From the NCBI GenBank assembly GCA_964653435.1, contig CAZZFA010000003.1:9521-73520 (forward strand): DNA of 64,000 bases. Direction: 5' to 3'. The notes under the pieces were generated by a model that was not told the DNA's origin, did not search any database, and was given only the letters and a program-made list of their open reading frames with translations. Source of the stretch: an uncultured Planctomycetales bacterium. GTDB lineage: Bacteria; Planctomycetota; Phycisphaerae; UBA1845; PWPN01. Shown here piece after piece: positions 30,087 to 39,415 of the stretch. Position 1 is the first letter of the stretch; every line of letters begins with the position of its first letter. The position numbers were made by a program, and so were the translations under genes.

Positions 30087-30401
30087 TCAGCCTACGATCT
30101 GCTTGATGGTGACTTCCAGGTGGCGCTGGCGATGGCCGCGCTTGATGTTCACCCGTTTGCGGCGGCGAAAGAGCACGCCCAGGACCTTTTCGCCCTTGAC
30201 TTCCTTGCCGATCTCAGCGACGACCTTGGCCCCCTCGACGTAGGGTTGTCCGATCTTCGCGTCAGCGCCCTCACCGAGCATCAGCACCTGGTTGAACTCC
30301 ACCTGTCGCTGCCCTTCGGCGAGATCCTTGAGGTCCACGCGGATGGTGTCGCCTTCCTGCACCCGGTATTGCCGACCGCCGTCTTCAAAGATTGCGTACA
30401 C
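30087..30401 (-). CDS. rplU: 50S ribosomal protein L21
   Basis: (V)YAIFEDGGRQYRVQEGDTIRVD...RRRKRVNIKRGHRQ. GTG start at 30401, preceded by GGAG. ORF-track start 30467 rejected. Confidence 0.9.
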   Translation of the reverse strand: MYAIFEDGGRQYRVQEGDTIRVDLKDLAEGQRQVEFNQVLMLGEGADAKIGQPYVEGAKVVAEIGKEVKGEKVLGVLFRRRKRVNIKRGHRQRHLEVTIKQIVG

Positions 30402-30983
30402 GTTCAAGCTCCAGCCTCGGGGTAATGCAAAGACCAGCATTATGACGGCTGCGTGCCTCTCGGTCAAGCCCCGCTCTGCCGGCGTCGCCGCAAGCCGATG
30501 CTTCGCTTAGGCGCCCGTTCACAAACCGCCTTACCACGAGTTAGCGCCGTCATCGCCGCGGCTGGCCGATGCTCGCCGGCACACGGGTCTGCCATGTCCG
30601 CGGTCGTATGCTGTAACGTCTTGCAATCGCGAGGTTTAGGCTTGGTCGCTCGGGGCGATGGGCGCTGCGGAAACCGCGGAGTGTGAACACCCGCGCCCGC
30701 CCTGGCCGCGGCCGTACCACGGCGAAGGGCCGGGTGCGAGGGGAAACGGAGTTCGTGGCTCATCCCACGGTCTGCTCCGAAAGATGCGGCTCTCGCCCCG
30801 AACCCGACGCCGGTCGTCGCGAAGCGCTGCGTTGCTCCTGCCTGGGGGCACAGCCCTCACCACGGCGGGGTATCTCACAAAGGGCTGCGCTTCGTGATGC
30901 ATTGGGGTTGCCGAGGCGCCGGCCGAACGGTCGTTGTCTCGCGCTGGCGCGGTGTGTCGCACAACAACCTTCCCGACGCTACC

Positions 30984-31670
30984 ATGTTCGGCATGGATCA
31001 GGGCGATGCGAACATCCTGACGGCCCGCGGCATCCGCAAGAGCTTCCGGAGCGACTCGGTCGTCACGGAGGTCCTTCACGGCCTGGATCTGCAGATCCGC
31101 CGTGGCGAGTTCGTCACGGTCATGGGGCCTTCCGGTTGCGGCAAGAGCACGCTGCTGCACATCCTCGGGTTGATGATGGCTCCGACGCGGGCCGACGACC
31201 TCATCATCGACGGGACGTCGGCGCTGGGCCTGAGTGACAGTCGTCGCACGCAGGTGCGGCGCGAGAAGATCGGTTTCGTCTTCCAGCGGTTCAACCTGCT
31301 GCCGGTGCTTTCGGCGGAGCAGAACGTCCGCCTGGCCCTGCGGTTGCGGGGCATCGAGGCCGACGGTCGCATCGACTCCATCCTCGCGGCGGTCGGCCTG
31401 GAGGATTCACGGCGGAAGAAGCCCGGCCAGCTCTCCATCGGCCAGCAGCAGCGCGTAGCCATTGCTCGCGCCCTCGTGACGCGCCCGCCGCTGCTTCTGG
31501 CCGACGAGCCCACCGGAAACCTCGATTCCGACAATGCCACCCGCATCCTCGATCTGCTCCGCGGCTTCCGCGATCGCGACGGGCAGACGATCCTCATGAT
31601 CACGCACAACCCGCAGTGTGCCGACTGGGCCGACCGTGTCCTGCACATGAGGGACGGACGCTTTGAGTGA
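30984..31670 (+). CDS. ABC transporter ATP-binding protein (LolD/MacB/FtsE type)
   Basis: Walker A GPSGCGKST, signature variant [15 protein letters not shown], Walker [14 protein letters not shown]-loop ITHN. Start ATG 30984 within ORF 30894..31670. Confidence 0.9.
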   Translation: MFGMDQGDANILTARGIRKSFRSDSVVTEVLHGLDLQIRRGEFVTVMGPSGCGKSTLLHILGLMMAPTRADDLIIDGTSALGLSDSRRTQVRREKIGFVFQRFNLLPVLSAEQNVRLALRLRGIEADGRIDSILAAVGLEDSRRKKPGQLSIGQQQRVAIARALVTRPPLLLADEPTGNLDSDNATRILDLLRGFRDRDGQTILMITHNPQCADWADRVLHMRDGRFE

Positions 31671-32460
31671 CACCCTTTCGACAGGCGGCGGTGCACCGGC
31701 AATGCCCGGGTCCGACGCACGTCCGGGGACGGCCGGCGCGCCGCCGGAACAGCCGTCTTCTCCGGATATGGTCCCGGACGACCGGATCGATCTTCGTCGC
31801 TGGTTCGATCTCTTCCTGGTCTGGATGGTCGTCCTGGCGGTCCTCGTCTATGCCGGCCGCATCTACGCCGAGGGCGGCCATCGCGCCGGGCTTGTCGTTA
31901 CAGTGCTTGCCGCCTACGCGTTTTATCTTTCGCTGTGCAATACGTTCTTCCCCGCGCCGACCACTTGGGCCGTGATGCTGGTGGCGGGCAACCAGCTTGC
32001 CCTGATCGGCTCGCCGGCGCTTCGCATCGTCGTGGTTTCGCTGCTCGGGGCAGTGGCCACGGCGATGGCCAACCTGAACGAGTATCACGTCTTCACGTTC
32101 CTGCTGCGCCACGGGCGGATCGGGCGCGTCCGCGAGACGCGCTTGTACCACTGGGCGGCCGGCTGGTTCGCCGTCTCGCCGTTCACGATCATTATGCTCT
32201 TCTCGTTCATCCCGATCCCGGTTGACGTCGTCCGCTGGCTGGCGATCGCGTCCCGATATTCGCGGTCCCGTTTCTTTGCCGCCTATGTCGTCGGGCGTTC
32301 GCTTCGATACGCGGTCTGGGCGATCTCCGCCGTGTCGCTGAATCTTTCGATGCGACAGATCGCAATCCTCCAGGGCGTGCTGATCGTCGTCGCCCTGGCG
32401 AAGGTGACGACCAGCGCCGTCCGCCGTCGTCGCGTCGCGTCGGCGTCCTCGCCGACTTGA
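31663..32460 (+). CDS. Polytopic membrane protein, possibly VTT/DedA-like
   Basis: It overlaps the ABC ATPase stop (TTG 31663; alternative ATG 31702). There are about 5-6 hydrophobic segments, and FFPAPTTWAVMLVAGNQL resembles the VTT-domain re-entrant motif. Family assignment is tentative. Confidence 0.6.
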   Translation: MSDTLSTGGGAPAMPGSDARPGTAGAPPEQPSSPDMVPDDRIDLRRWFDLFLVWMVVLAVLVYAGRIYAEGGHRAGLVVTVLAAYAFYLSLCNTFFPAPTTWAVMLVAGNQLALIGSPALRIVVVSLLGAVATAMANLNEYHVFTFLLRHGRIGRVRETRLYHWAAGWFAVSPFTIIMLFSFIPIPVDVVRWLAIASRYSRSRFFAAYVVGRSLRYAVWAISAVSLNLSMRQIAILQGVLIVVALAKVTTSAVRRRRVASASSPT

Positions 32461-32532
32461 GCGATCGCGGGGCAGGGCGTACCGTATGGGCGGATATCGG
32501 GTTGCGGCCAACGAGCGAAGGAGCGTTCCAGC

Positions 32533-33411
32533 ATGGTGAGAGGACTTGCATCGGTCGTCGCGGTTGTTGCAGGGGCGGCGCTTGCCGGCGAAGTCCCGGC
32601 CCGGTCGGGGGCCGGGGGTGGTGCGACGGCGGCTTCGGCGGCGGCGAGCCGTCCGACATCCGCGCCGGCCACGGCGCCCGCCGCGCCGATCGACCCGGAA
32701 CTCGAGGGCATCCTCGACCGGCTCGAGAGGCGTGGCGACACGGTCAGCGATCTGTCGTGCAAAGTGCGTCAGGAGATGAAGGGATTGACGGTGGGCGAGC
32801 TGATCACCAAGGAGGGCGAACTCCGCTACCTCCGCGGCACCGAGGGGAACAATCCGCGCTTCTACATTCATTTCACGAAGATCACGCAGGATGACTTCCC
32901 CATCAAACCCGAGTGGTATGTCTTCGACGGCCGGTGGTTCATCGAGGCCAAGGAATCGACCCGGAACGTGATCCGCCGCGAGATCGTCCGGCCCGGCGAG
33001 AAGCTCAACCTGTTCAGCGTCGAGAACAGCCCTTTTCCGCTGCCGTTCGGCCAGAAGAAGGCCGAGATCCTCCGCAACTTCGACGTGAAGCTCGTGGCCC
33101 CCGAACCGAAGGACCCGCCCGATTCCCGCCACCTGATGTGCATCCCCAAACCGGGCACGCCCAAGGAGCAGGAGTACAAGGAGATCGACTTCTACATCGA
33201 TCCGAAGCTCGACCTGCCGGTCAAGATCGTCGCCTACCGCAAGACGGGCGAGAAGGTCTCGGAGATTCACACCGTCACGTTTCCCGGTCTGGACAACAAG
33301 TGCATCAACAAGGGGCTGCCCGCCAGCGACTTCGAGTACAGGGTGCCTGCCGGGTGGTCGGTCTCGGAAGAACGGCTGGAGGCGGGCGAATCGGCCGCGC
33401 CACGGCCATGA
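32533..33411 (+). CDS. Secreted LolA-like / lipoprotein-sorting-like protein (tentative)
   Basis: Signal peptide followed by an Ala/Ser-rich linker. The all-beta pattern (LSCKVRQEM...GELRYLRG...RFYIHF...WYVFDGRWFIEAK...) resembles LolA-fold proteins. Function is not verified. Confidence 0.55.
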   Translation: MVRGLASVVAVVAGAALAGEVPARSGAGGGATAASAAASRPTSAPATAPAAPIDPELEGILDRLERRGDTVSDLSCKVRQEMKGLTVGELITKEGELRYLRGTEGNNPRFYIHFTKITQDDFPIKPEWYVFDGRWFIEAKESTRNVIRREIVRPGEKLNLFSVENSPFPLPFGQKKAEILRNFDVKLVAPEPKDPPDSRHLMCIPKPGTPKEQEYKEIDFYIDPKLDLPVKIVAYRKTGEKVSEIHTVTFPGLDNKCINKGLPASDFEYRVPAGWSVSEERLEAGESAAPRP

Positions 33412-33438
33412 ACGCGGACAGCACGGGAGGAAACGAGC

Positions 33439-35499
33439 GTGCAAAGAGGATTCTCTCGCGGACGACGGATCGGTCCCTGGGGGCCGGCTTTGCTGGCCTG
33501 TCTCGTCCTGGCCCGCGGAGGTCTCGCCGAGGAGCCGTCGGCCGGAACTGCGGCGAAACACGGCACGTCGGCGGCGGGCCACGACCTTCGCAGGACGGGG
33601 CCGGCGCCGATGCAGATTTCCTACGAACGCTACCTCGACCAGGTCCTCGGCGGCTGGATCGGCAAGTCCGTCGGGGGCGCGGTCGGTGCGCGGTTCGAAG
33701 GCTACAAGGGCTGGGTCGAAGTCAGCCCCGACAAGATGTTTCCCGAGAAGCTGCCGCCGAACGACGACCTCGACTTGCAGGTCGTCTGGCTCAAGGTGCT
33801 CGAGGAGAAGGGTGCCGGCACAAGGGCGGACGATCTCGCCGCGGCGTGGCTCGAGGGCTGCTGGTATCCGTTCAACGAGTACGGCATCTTCCGTCGCAAC
33901 TGGCGGCTGGGCATTCATCCGCCGACCTCCGGCCGCTTCACGAACCAGTTCTGGGAGAGCGGTATGGGCTGCCCGATCCGCTCGGAAATCTGGGGCTATG
34001 TCTTTCCCGGCGCCCCCGATCTTGCCGCCCGCTACGCGGCCATGGACGGCTCGCTCGATCACACCGCCCAGTCCGTCGGCGCCGAACAGATGTTCGCTGC
34101 GATGGAGTCGATGGCCTTCTTCGTCCCCGACGTGCGTACGCTCGCCCGCATGTTCATGCACTACCTCCCGGAGAATACGCCTATCGCCCGTATGACCCGC
34201 ATGGCGTTCCAGTGCCATGAGGAGGGTCTTTCGCTGCGTGACGCCCGCGACCGCATCATGGTCACGGCGGGCTTCCCCGAGGCGTGCGACGCGCAGGCGA
34301 ACGTCCCGTTCACGTTTCTCGGCCTGCTGTACGGCGGAGGCGATCTGCAGAAGACGATCCTCGCCGCGCTTTCGTGCGGCTACGACACGGACTGCACCGC
34401 CGCGACCTCGGGCGCGATCATCGGCCAGATTCTCGGCGCGAGCCGCATTCCGGCCGCGATCCGGCAGCGCATCGGCGATGAGCTTGTCATGGGTATCGAG
34501 TACTCGCGCAAGGAGATGACTCTTTCCGCGCTCGCCCGCGACACCGCCCGGATCGGCCTGCTCCTGGCGAAGGAGTGCGGCACCGGCGTCGCGTTCAGCG
34601 GTGCCCCGGCCGTCGCGCCGCTGCCGCCGGCGGCACGTTCGTCGGAACTGCGGATCACGACCGAGTACGCCGGCCTGCCTGCGGCCGCGCCGGGGGAGTC
34701 GGTTGGCGTCTCCGTGCATGTCGAAGGCCGGATTCCCGAAGGCGCCCGCCTGACGGTGGAGGGGCCGCCGGGCTGGACGGTCGCCCCCGCGGCCGCGCGC
34801 CTGGATGATCTCCGGCGGACGGTCCCGCTCGTTCTGAGCGCCCCGGCCGACGTTACCGAGTGGCCGATGCGGAATCTCTTCACGGTCCGCGTCGACACGA
34901 CCCCGCCGGTCTCCTACACCTTCGGCGTGGCCGGCGCCGGTCTGTGGCGACTGCTCGGCGTCTACTACGATCCGTTGCCCGACGAGAAGAACCCCGTCCA
35001 GGCCTCGCGGCGGTTCAACCAGCACTTCGTCTCACTCGGGAAGGCGTACATTCCCGAGCCCGACCCGGACGTGGACAACCTCTTCAGGACGTGGTCCCGC
35101 AAGCTCGGCCGCCCGGCCGTGATCCCCTCGTATGAGCACGAGATCGACCTTTCGCGCCTCATCGGCCTGCGCGGCCCGTATTGCGCCTACCTCGCCCGGA
35201 CGATCATCTCGCCCGACGACCGGCCCGTCTTCATCGTGGTCGGCAACAACGACGGCTATCGGCTGTACCTCAACGGCCAGAAGGTCGGCGAGAGGGACGA
35301 GAGCACCTGGTGGGCCCCGTTCAATAACGCACATCGCGTCAGACTGCGTGCCGGGGCCAATCAGCTCCTCGTGAAGCTCCTCAAACGCGGCGACGAGCTG
35401 AAGTTCACGCTTGGCATCCGTGAAGACAGGAACCGCCGCCACCCCGGCAGCTTCAACTGCGAGGACTGGGCCGTAGACCTCGCGGACGCCGTCCCGTGA
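33439..35499 (+). CDS. Secreted ADP-ribosylglycohydrolase-family protein with ~300-aa C-terminal beta-rich extension
   Basis: Signal peptide, then ARH-fold motifs YLDQVLGGWIGKSVGGAVGARFEG and LSCGYDTDCTAATSGAIIGQILG. The C-terminal part (FIVVGNNDGYRLYLNGQKVG...LLVKLLK) looks like a carbohydrate-binding or beta-sandwich module. Confidence 0.75.
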   Translation: MQRGFSRGRRIGPWGPALLACLVLARGGLAEEPSAGTAAKHGTSAAGHDLRRTGPAPMQISYERYLDQVLGGWIGKSVGGAVGARFEGYKGWVEVSPDKMFPEKLPPNDDLDLQVVWLKVLEEKGAGTRADDLAAAWLEGCWYPFNEYGIFRRNWRLGIHPPTSGRFTNQFWESGMGCPIRSEIWGYVFPGAPDLAARYAAMDGSLDHTAQSVGAEQMFAAMESMAFFVPDVRTLARMFMHYLPENTPIARMTRMAFQCHEEGLSLRDARDRIMVTAGFPEACDAQANVPFTFLGLLYGGGDLQKTILAALSCGYDTDCTAATSGAIIGQILGASRIPAAIRQRIGDELVMGIEYSRKEMTLSALARDTARIGLLLAKECGTGVAFSGAPAVAPLPPAARSSELRITTEYAGLPAAAPGESVGVSVHVEGRIPEGARLTVEGPPGWTVAPAAARLDDLRRTVPLVLSAPADVTEWPMRNLFTVRVDTTPPVSYTFGVAGAGLWRLLGVYYDPLPDEKNPVQASRRFNQHFVSLGKAYIPEPDPDVDNLFRTWSRKLGRPAVIPSYEHEIDLSRLIGLRGPYCAYLARTIISPDDRPVFIVVGNNDGYRLYLNGQKVGERDESTWWAPFNNAHRVRLRAGANQLLVKLLKRGDELKFTLGIREDRNRRHPGSFNCEDWAVDLADAVP

Positions 35500-35511
35500 C
35501 TCAACGACCGG

Positions 35512-36507
35512 TCATCGCTTTGTCGCACGGACGATCGAGTCCATCCCCTCGCCGCGCCGCAGCAAGGTCGCCTCGCCGAATCCGCTCGCCTCAAGGTCCT
35601 CGCGCAGCTCGTTGAACGTGTACGTCCCCCCGAGCGGCGTGGACACGAGCATGTTGATCGCGAACAGCGCCCCGACGGCCGGATGCACGTGCGAGTCGTC
35701 CATCACGATGTCGCGGATCAGCACCGTCCCGCCCGGCGTCAGTGCCGCCCGGACTTTCGCGAAGAGTTCGCGGTTCTGCTCGCGTGAGTTCTGATGCACG
35801 ATCGCGCTGATCCAGGCCAGGTCGCACCCGCCCGGCAGCGGGTCCGCGTAGAAATCGCCCGGCACCAGCGTGACCCGGTCGGCCAGGGCTGCCTCCGTCA
35901 GCCGCCGGCGCGCCATCGGGATCACCCCGGGCAGGTCGAACAGTGTCGCTTTCGCCTGCGGCGCCGCCCGCAGAAACGCTATCGTCCACGTCCCCGATGC
36001 CCCGCCGATATCCAGCAACCGGTCGAATCGCAGCGGCTGCAGCGCCTCGATCACCTTTTCCACGAGCGGCCCGGACACGTTGTGCATCGCGCCGATGAAC
36101 GCGGCCTCGTCCGCCGCCTCGCCCCGGATGCTCGCCGTCCGCTCGGCCGGCTTGCCGGTCTGCACCACCTGCGGCAACTGCACCCATCGGCGCAGGCAAT
36201 TGGCCTGATGACGTGCCATGTTCACGACGCTGTGCGCTCCGGCATCCGTGAGCAGGTCCGCCACCTCCGGCGGAACGCTGTAGCGGCCGGCCTGTTTGTT
36301 GAGCAGTTCCATCGCCGTCAGGGCGTCAAGCAGCACGGTAGTCGCCCGCGGGTCCGTTCGCATCGCCTCGGCCGTCGCGCCGGCCGTCAGGGGTCCGGCA
36401 CGCAGCACCCCGAACACATCGAGGTCTACCGCCGCCGCCAGAACGCAAGCCGGCTGAAAGCCCCTGGCCATTTCAAGCACGTCTTCTGCAGTCCAGGATC
36501 GATTCAT
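35512..36507 (-). CDS. SAM-dependent O-methyltransferase (dimerisation domain + Methyltransf_2 type)
   Basis: N-terminal winged-helix dimerisation region, SAM motif LLDIGGASGTWTIAFL, and a C-terminal O-MT fold. Confidence 0.8.
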   Translation of the reverse strand: MNRSWTAEDVLEMARGFQPACVLAAAVDLDVFGVLRAGPLTAGATAEAMRTDPRATTVLLDALTAMELLNKQAGRYSVPPEVADLLTDAGAHSVVNMARHQANCLRRWVQLPQVVQTGKPAERTASIRGEAADEAAFIGAMHNVSGPLVEKVIEALQPLRFDRLLDIGGASGTWTIAFLRAAPQAKATLFDLPGVIPMARRRLTEAALADRVTLVPGDFYADPLPGGCDLAWISAIVHQNSREQNRELFAKVRAALTPGGTVLIRDIVMDDSHVHPAVGALFAINMLVSTPLGGTYTFNELREDLEASGFGEATLLRRGEGMDSIVRATKR

Positions 36508-36678
36508 GAGTCAACCATCCGGCTTGTTCCGCCACCGGTTTTGTCGGTAGGCCGGTTACGCGTCTCGGCAGGCGGACTTGCGGCCCGGCTCCCGGCGGGC
36601 GCGACGCCACCCCCATCCCCGCCGCCGCCCGACGACCGGAACACGCCGAACGAACAGCGAGCGACGGACCGCTGACAA

Positions 36679-38031
36679 TTACTCCAGCCTCCACGGCGGC
36701 CGATATTCGTAGGAGAGCAGGTCGTTTGCCTTCTCGTCGTTGGTGACCCGCTCCGCCTTCGCATCCCATTCGATTCGCCGCTTTCGATCATAGGCCACGT
36801 TGCCCAGCAGGGTCGCGCTGGTGGAACGATGCCCGGTCTCGATGGGGCAGGCGCACTCCTTGCGGCTCTTGATGCAGTCCAGGAAGTTTCGCGCATGATC
36901 GGCCTCCGTCACGCGGCCGCGGCCCTGCCGCGCGGTGGCCGCCTCCTTCGTCGGTGCGTAGGCTTCCCGGTTCTCCACCCGCCGCAGCGGATCATTGCCG
37001 GGGATCGGGATCGTGTGGTGGCGCTCGGGCACGAGCTCATACGAGCCTCCCGAGATGTAAAGCGTTCCGTCGGTTCCCCGGAACTCGACGGCGTCGCCGC
37101 GTGCGTTGCCCGGCGCCGCGTTCGCGTTGACCTGCGTGAACTCCACCAGCGTGCCGCCGGGGTATTCCCAGACGACCTTGAGGGTGTCGGGGATCTCCCG
37201 ATCGTCTTTCATCACGTATTTGCCGCCCATGGCGGTCACGGCGAGGGGCGCGTCCTGGCCGATCGCCCACTGGATCATGTCGAGGTAGTGCGTGCCCATG
37301 TTCGTGAGCTGCCCGCCGGAATAGCTGCGGAACCAGCGGAACTTGTACAGGCAGCGGTTCGGGTTGTACGGGACCTTCGGCGCCGGTCCCAGCCACAGGT
37401 CCCAGTCCAGCTCCTTCGGCGGGTCGCAGTCGGGCGGATTGCCGATGCCGTGCGGATATTCGTTCACGATGTGGTAGCACTGGGCGAGCGTCACGTGCCC
37501 GATCGCGCCCGAGCGGATCAGCTCGATCGCCTCCTGGATGAACTTGGCCGACCGCCGCTGGATGCCGACCTGGACCACGCGCTTCGTGCGCGCCGCCGCC
37601 TCGACCATGCGACGTCCTTCGCGGATGACAAGCGACAGCGGCTTCTCCACATATACGTCCTTGCCCGCGTTGCAGGCGTCGACGCACTGCAGCGCGTGCC
37701 AGTGGTCGGGTGTCGCGATGATGACGGCGTCGATGTCCTTGCGTTCGAGCATCTTGCGGTAGTCGCGGTACGTGTCGGGCTTGCCGTCCAGCCCGGCCCT
37801 GGCGGCCGCCAGATACGGCTCGAACACGTCGCACAGCGCGACGATTTCCGCGTCTTTGTGTACCTTGAACCCGGCGATCACCTGATCTCCGCGATTGCCC
37901 GTTCCGATGACGCCGATCCGAATTCGCTCGTTCGCGCCGAGCGCGCCCAACGTCGCCGTCCGTGTAACCAGCCCCGCGCCGACCGCCGCGGCGCCGAGTG
38001 TGAACTGCCTTCGGGTAATGGTCTGTGACAT
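36679..38031 (-). CDS. Gfo/Idh/MocA-family oxidoreductase with Tat signal
   Basis: MSQTITRRQFTLGAAAVGAGL (twin-arginine), then the Rossmann motif IRIGVIGTGNRG. Start ATG 38031 within ORF 36679..38172. Confidence 0.9.
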   Translation of the reverse strand: MSQTITRRQFTLGAAAVGAGLVTRTATLGALGANERIRIGVIGTGNRGDQVIAGFKVHKDAEIVALCDVFEPYLAAARAGLDGKPDTYRDYRKMLERKDIDAVIIATPDHWHALQCVDACNAGKDVYVEKPLSLVIREGRRMVEAAARTKRVVQVGIQRRSAKFIQEAIELIRSGAIGHVTLAQCYHIVNEYPHGIGNPPDCDPPKELDWDLWLGPAPKVPYNPNRCLYKFRWFRSYSGGQLTNMGTHYLDMIQWAIGQDAPLAVTAMGGKYVMKDDREIPDTLKVVWEYPGGTLVEFTQVNANAAPGNARGDAVEFRGTDGTLYISGGSYELVPERHHTIPIPGNDPLRRVENREAYAPTKEAATARQGRGRVTEADHARNFLDCIKSRKECACPIETGHRSTSATLLGNVAYDRKRRIEWDAKAERVTNDEKANDLLSYEYRPPWRLE

Positions 38032-38228
38032 CTCCGTGTTCCTCCGTTGCCGACGAATGCGTTTTCGGCGAGCGGGTTGTTCCGCCCGGGGCGGGCGCCC
38101 TCGCACAACTGCCCGGCCGAAAACGGCATAAGCACCCCTTGTAATCGCAAGCGCGGGTCGTTGTCCACCCACGCCGGCGCCCGGAGCGCTCTCTTGACGG
38201 AACGGGAATCTGCCGGTGTCATGCGGCC

Positions 38229-39371
38229 ATGCAGTATCGTCGTTTCGGCAGGACGGGGCTCCGCACGTCGGTCTTCACGCTCGGTCTGATGCGCTACATG
38301 TCCGACGACCGCGACCGCAGCGCCGAGGTCGTTCACCGCGCGGTCTCGCTCGGTATCAATCACCTGGAGACGGCGCACGCCTACGGCACGAGCGAGGAAC
38401 TCCTCGGCTACGCCCTCCGGGGCCTCGACCGGAGCCGACTGATCCTCACCACGAAGGGCGCTCCCCGGAAGACCTACGATGAATTCATGCGGTCCTTCGA
38501 CGAGTCCCTGGCGAAGCTCGGCGTGGATTACCTCGACAACTTCGACATCCACGGGATCAACAACGCCGAAAAACTCCGCCTTGCCGTCGACGAGAAGCAC
38601 ACATGGCGAGCCGTCCGCCGGCTGATGGACGCCGGCACGATCCGCCACATCGGGTTCTCCACGCACGGCGAGCTTGACGTGATCCTCGATGCGATCAACA
38701 CGCGGCTGTTCGAATCGGTCAATCTCCATTACTACTGGTTCTTCCAGCGCAACGCCCCGGCCGTGCAGCGCGCCGCGGAACTGGACATGGGCGTCTTCAT
38801 CATCTCGCCCAACGAGAAAGGCGGCATGCTCTTCCGGCCGAGCGAGACGCTCGTCGAGCTCTCGCGGCCGTTTCACCCGATGAACCTTGCTCAGCGCTGG
38901 CTGCTCGCGCAGCCGGAGGTCCACACCCTTTCGCTCGGCGCTGCGGTCCCGTCGGATCTGGATCAGCACCTGCTCGTGGCCGATCAGGTCGGTCCGCTGA
39001 CGGCGGCGGAACGCGAGGCCCTGGATCGGTGGTCCCGACGGTTTCAGGAGGTCCTGCAGGTTCCGGCGGTTCCGAGGAACGAATACTGCACCGTCTGCCA
39101 CCGGTGCCTGCCGTGTCCGCAGCGGGTGAACATCCCGGAGGTGCTGCGGCTGCGAAACGTGGCGCGGGCGTTCGACATGAAGGAGTACGCGGCGTTCCGC
39201 TACAACCTGCTCGACGGCGGCGACGACTGGTTCCACGGCCATCCGGGCGACCGCTGCACGGAGTGCGGCGAGTGCCTGCCGAGATGCCCGGAACGGCTGG
39301 AGATTCCGCGGCTGCTCTTCGATGCGCACGACCTGCTGAAGGCCAGGCCCGGGCGGCGGCTGTGGGGCTGA
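38229..39371 (+). CDS. Aldo/keto reductase with C-terminal 4Fe-4S ferredoxin-like cysteine clusters
   Basis: MQYRRFGRTGLRTSVFTLGLM and the AKR core. C-terminal CTVCHRCLPCP and CTECGECLPRCP. Confidence 0.85.
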   Translation: MQYRRFGRTGLRTSVFTLGLMRYMSDDRDRSAEVVHRAVSLGINHLETAHAYGTSEELLGYALRGLDRSRLILTTKGAPRKTYDEFMRSFDESLAKLGVDYLDNFDIHGINNAEKLRLAVDEKHTWRAVRRLMDAGTIRHIGFSTHGELDVILDAINTRLFESVNLHYYWFFQRNAPAVQRAAELDMGVFIISPNEKGGMLFRPSETLVELSRPFHPMNLAQRWLLAQPEVHTLSLGAAVPSDLDQHLLVADQVGPLTAAEREALDRWSRRFQEVLQVPAVPRNEYCTVCHRCLPCPQRVNIPEVLRLRNVARAFDMKEYAAFRYNLLDGGDDWFHGHPGDRCTECGECLPRCPERLEIPRLLFDAHDLLKARPGRRLWG

Positions 39372-39415
39372 GCGGCGCCGACGACGAGCGACAATCGGTG
39401 CGCAGGCGGCACCCG

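Noticed and set aside
30087-30401. rplU (L21) is not followed by rpmA (L27), and a ~580-nt gap lies upstream of it.
   Set aside because: Gene order for rplU/rpmA is not universal. No structured leader or extra ORF could be supported by eye in 30402-30983.
31600-35025. Very long ORFs antisense to real genes. Examples are 31600..35025 (1141 aa), 23006..25645 (879 aa), 17314..19617 (767 aa), 13351..15261, 10068..12026, 39200..40882, 43508..45238 and 21699..23396.
   Set aside because: Their translations are Arg/Pro/Gly/Ala-rich with no recognisable motifs. Each lies opposite a gene with clear family signatures and strong GC3 bias. Stop-free antisense frames are expected at this G+C.
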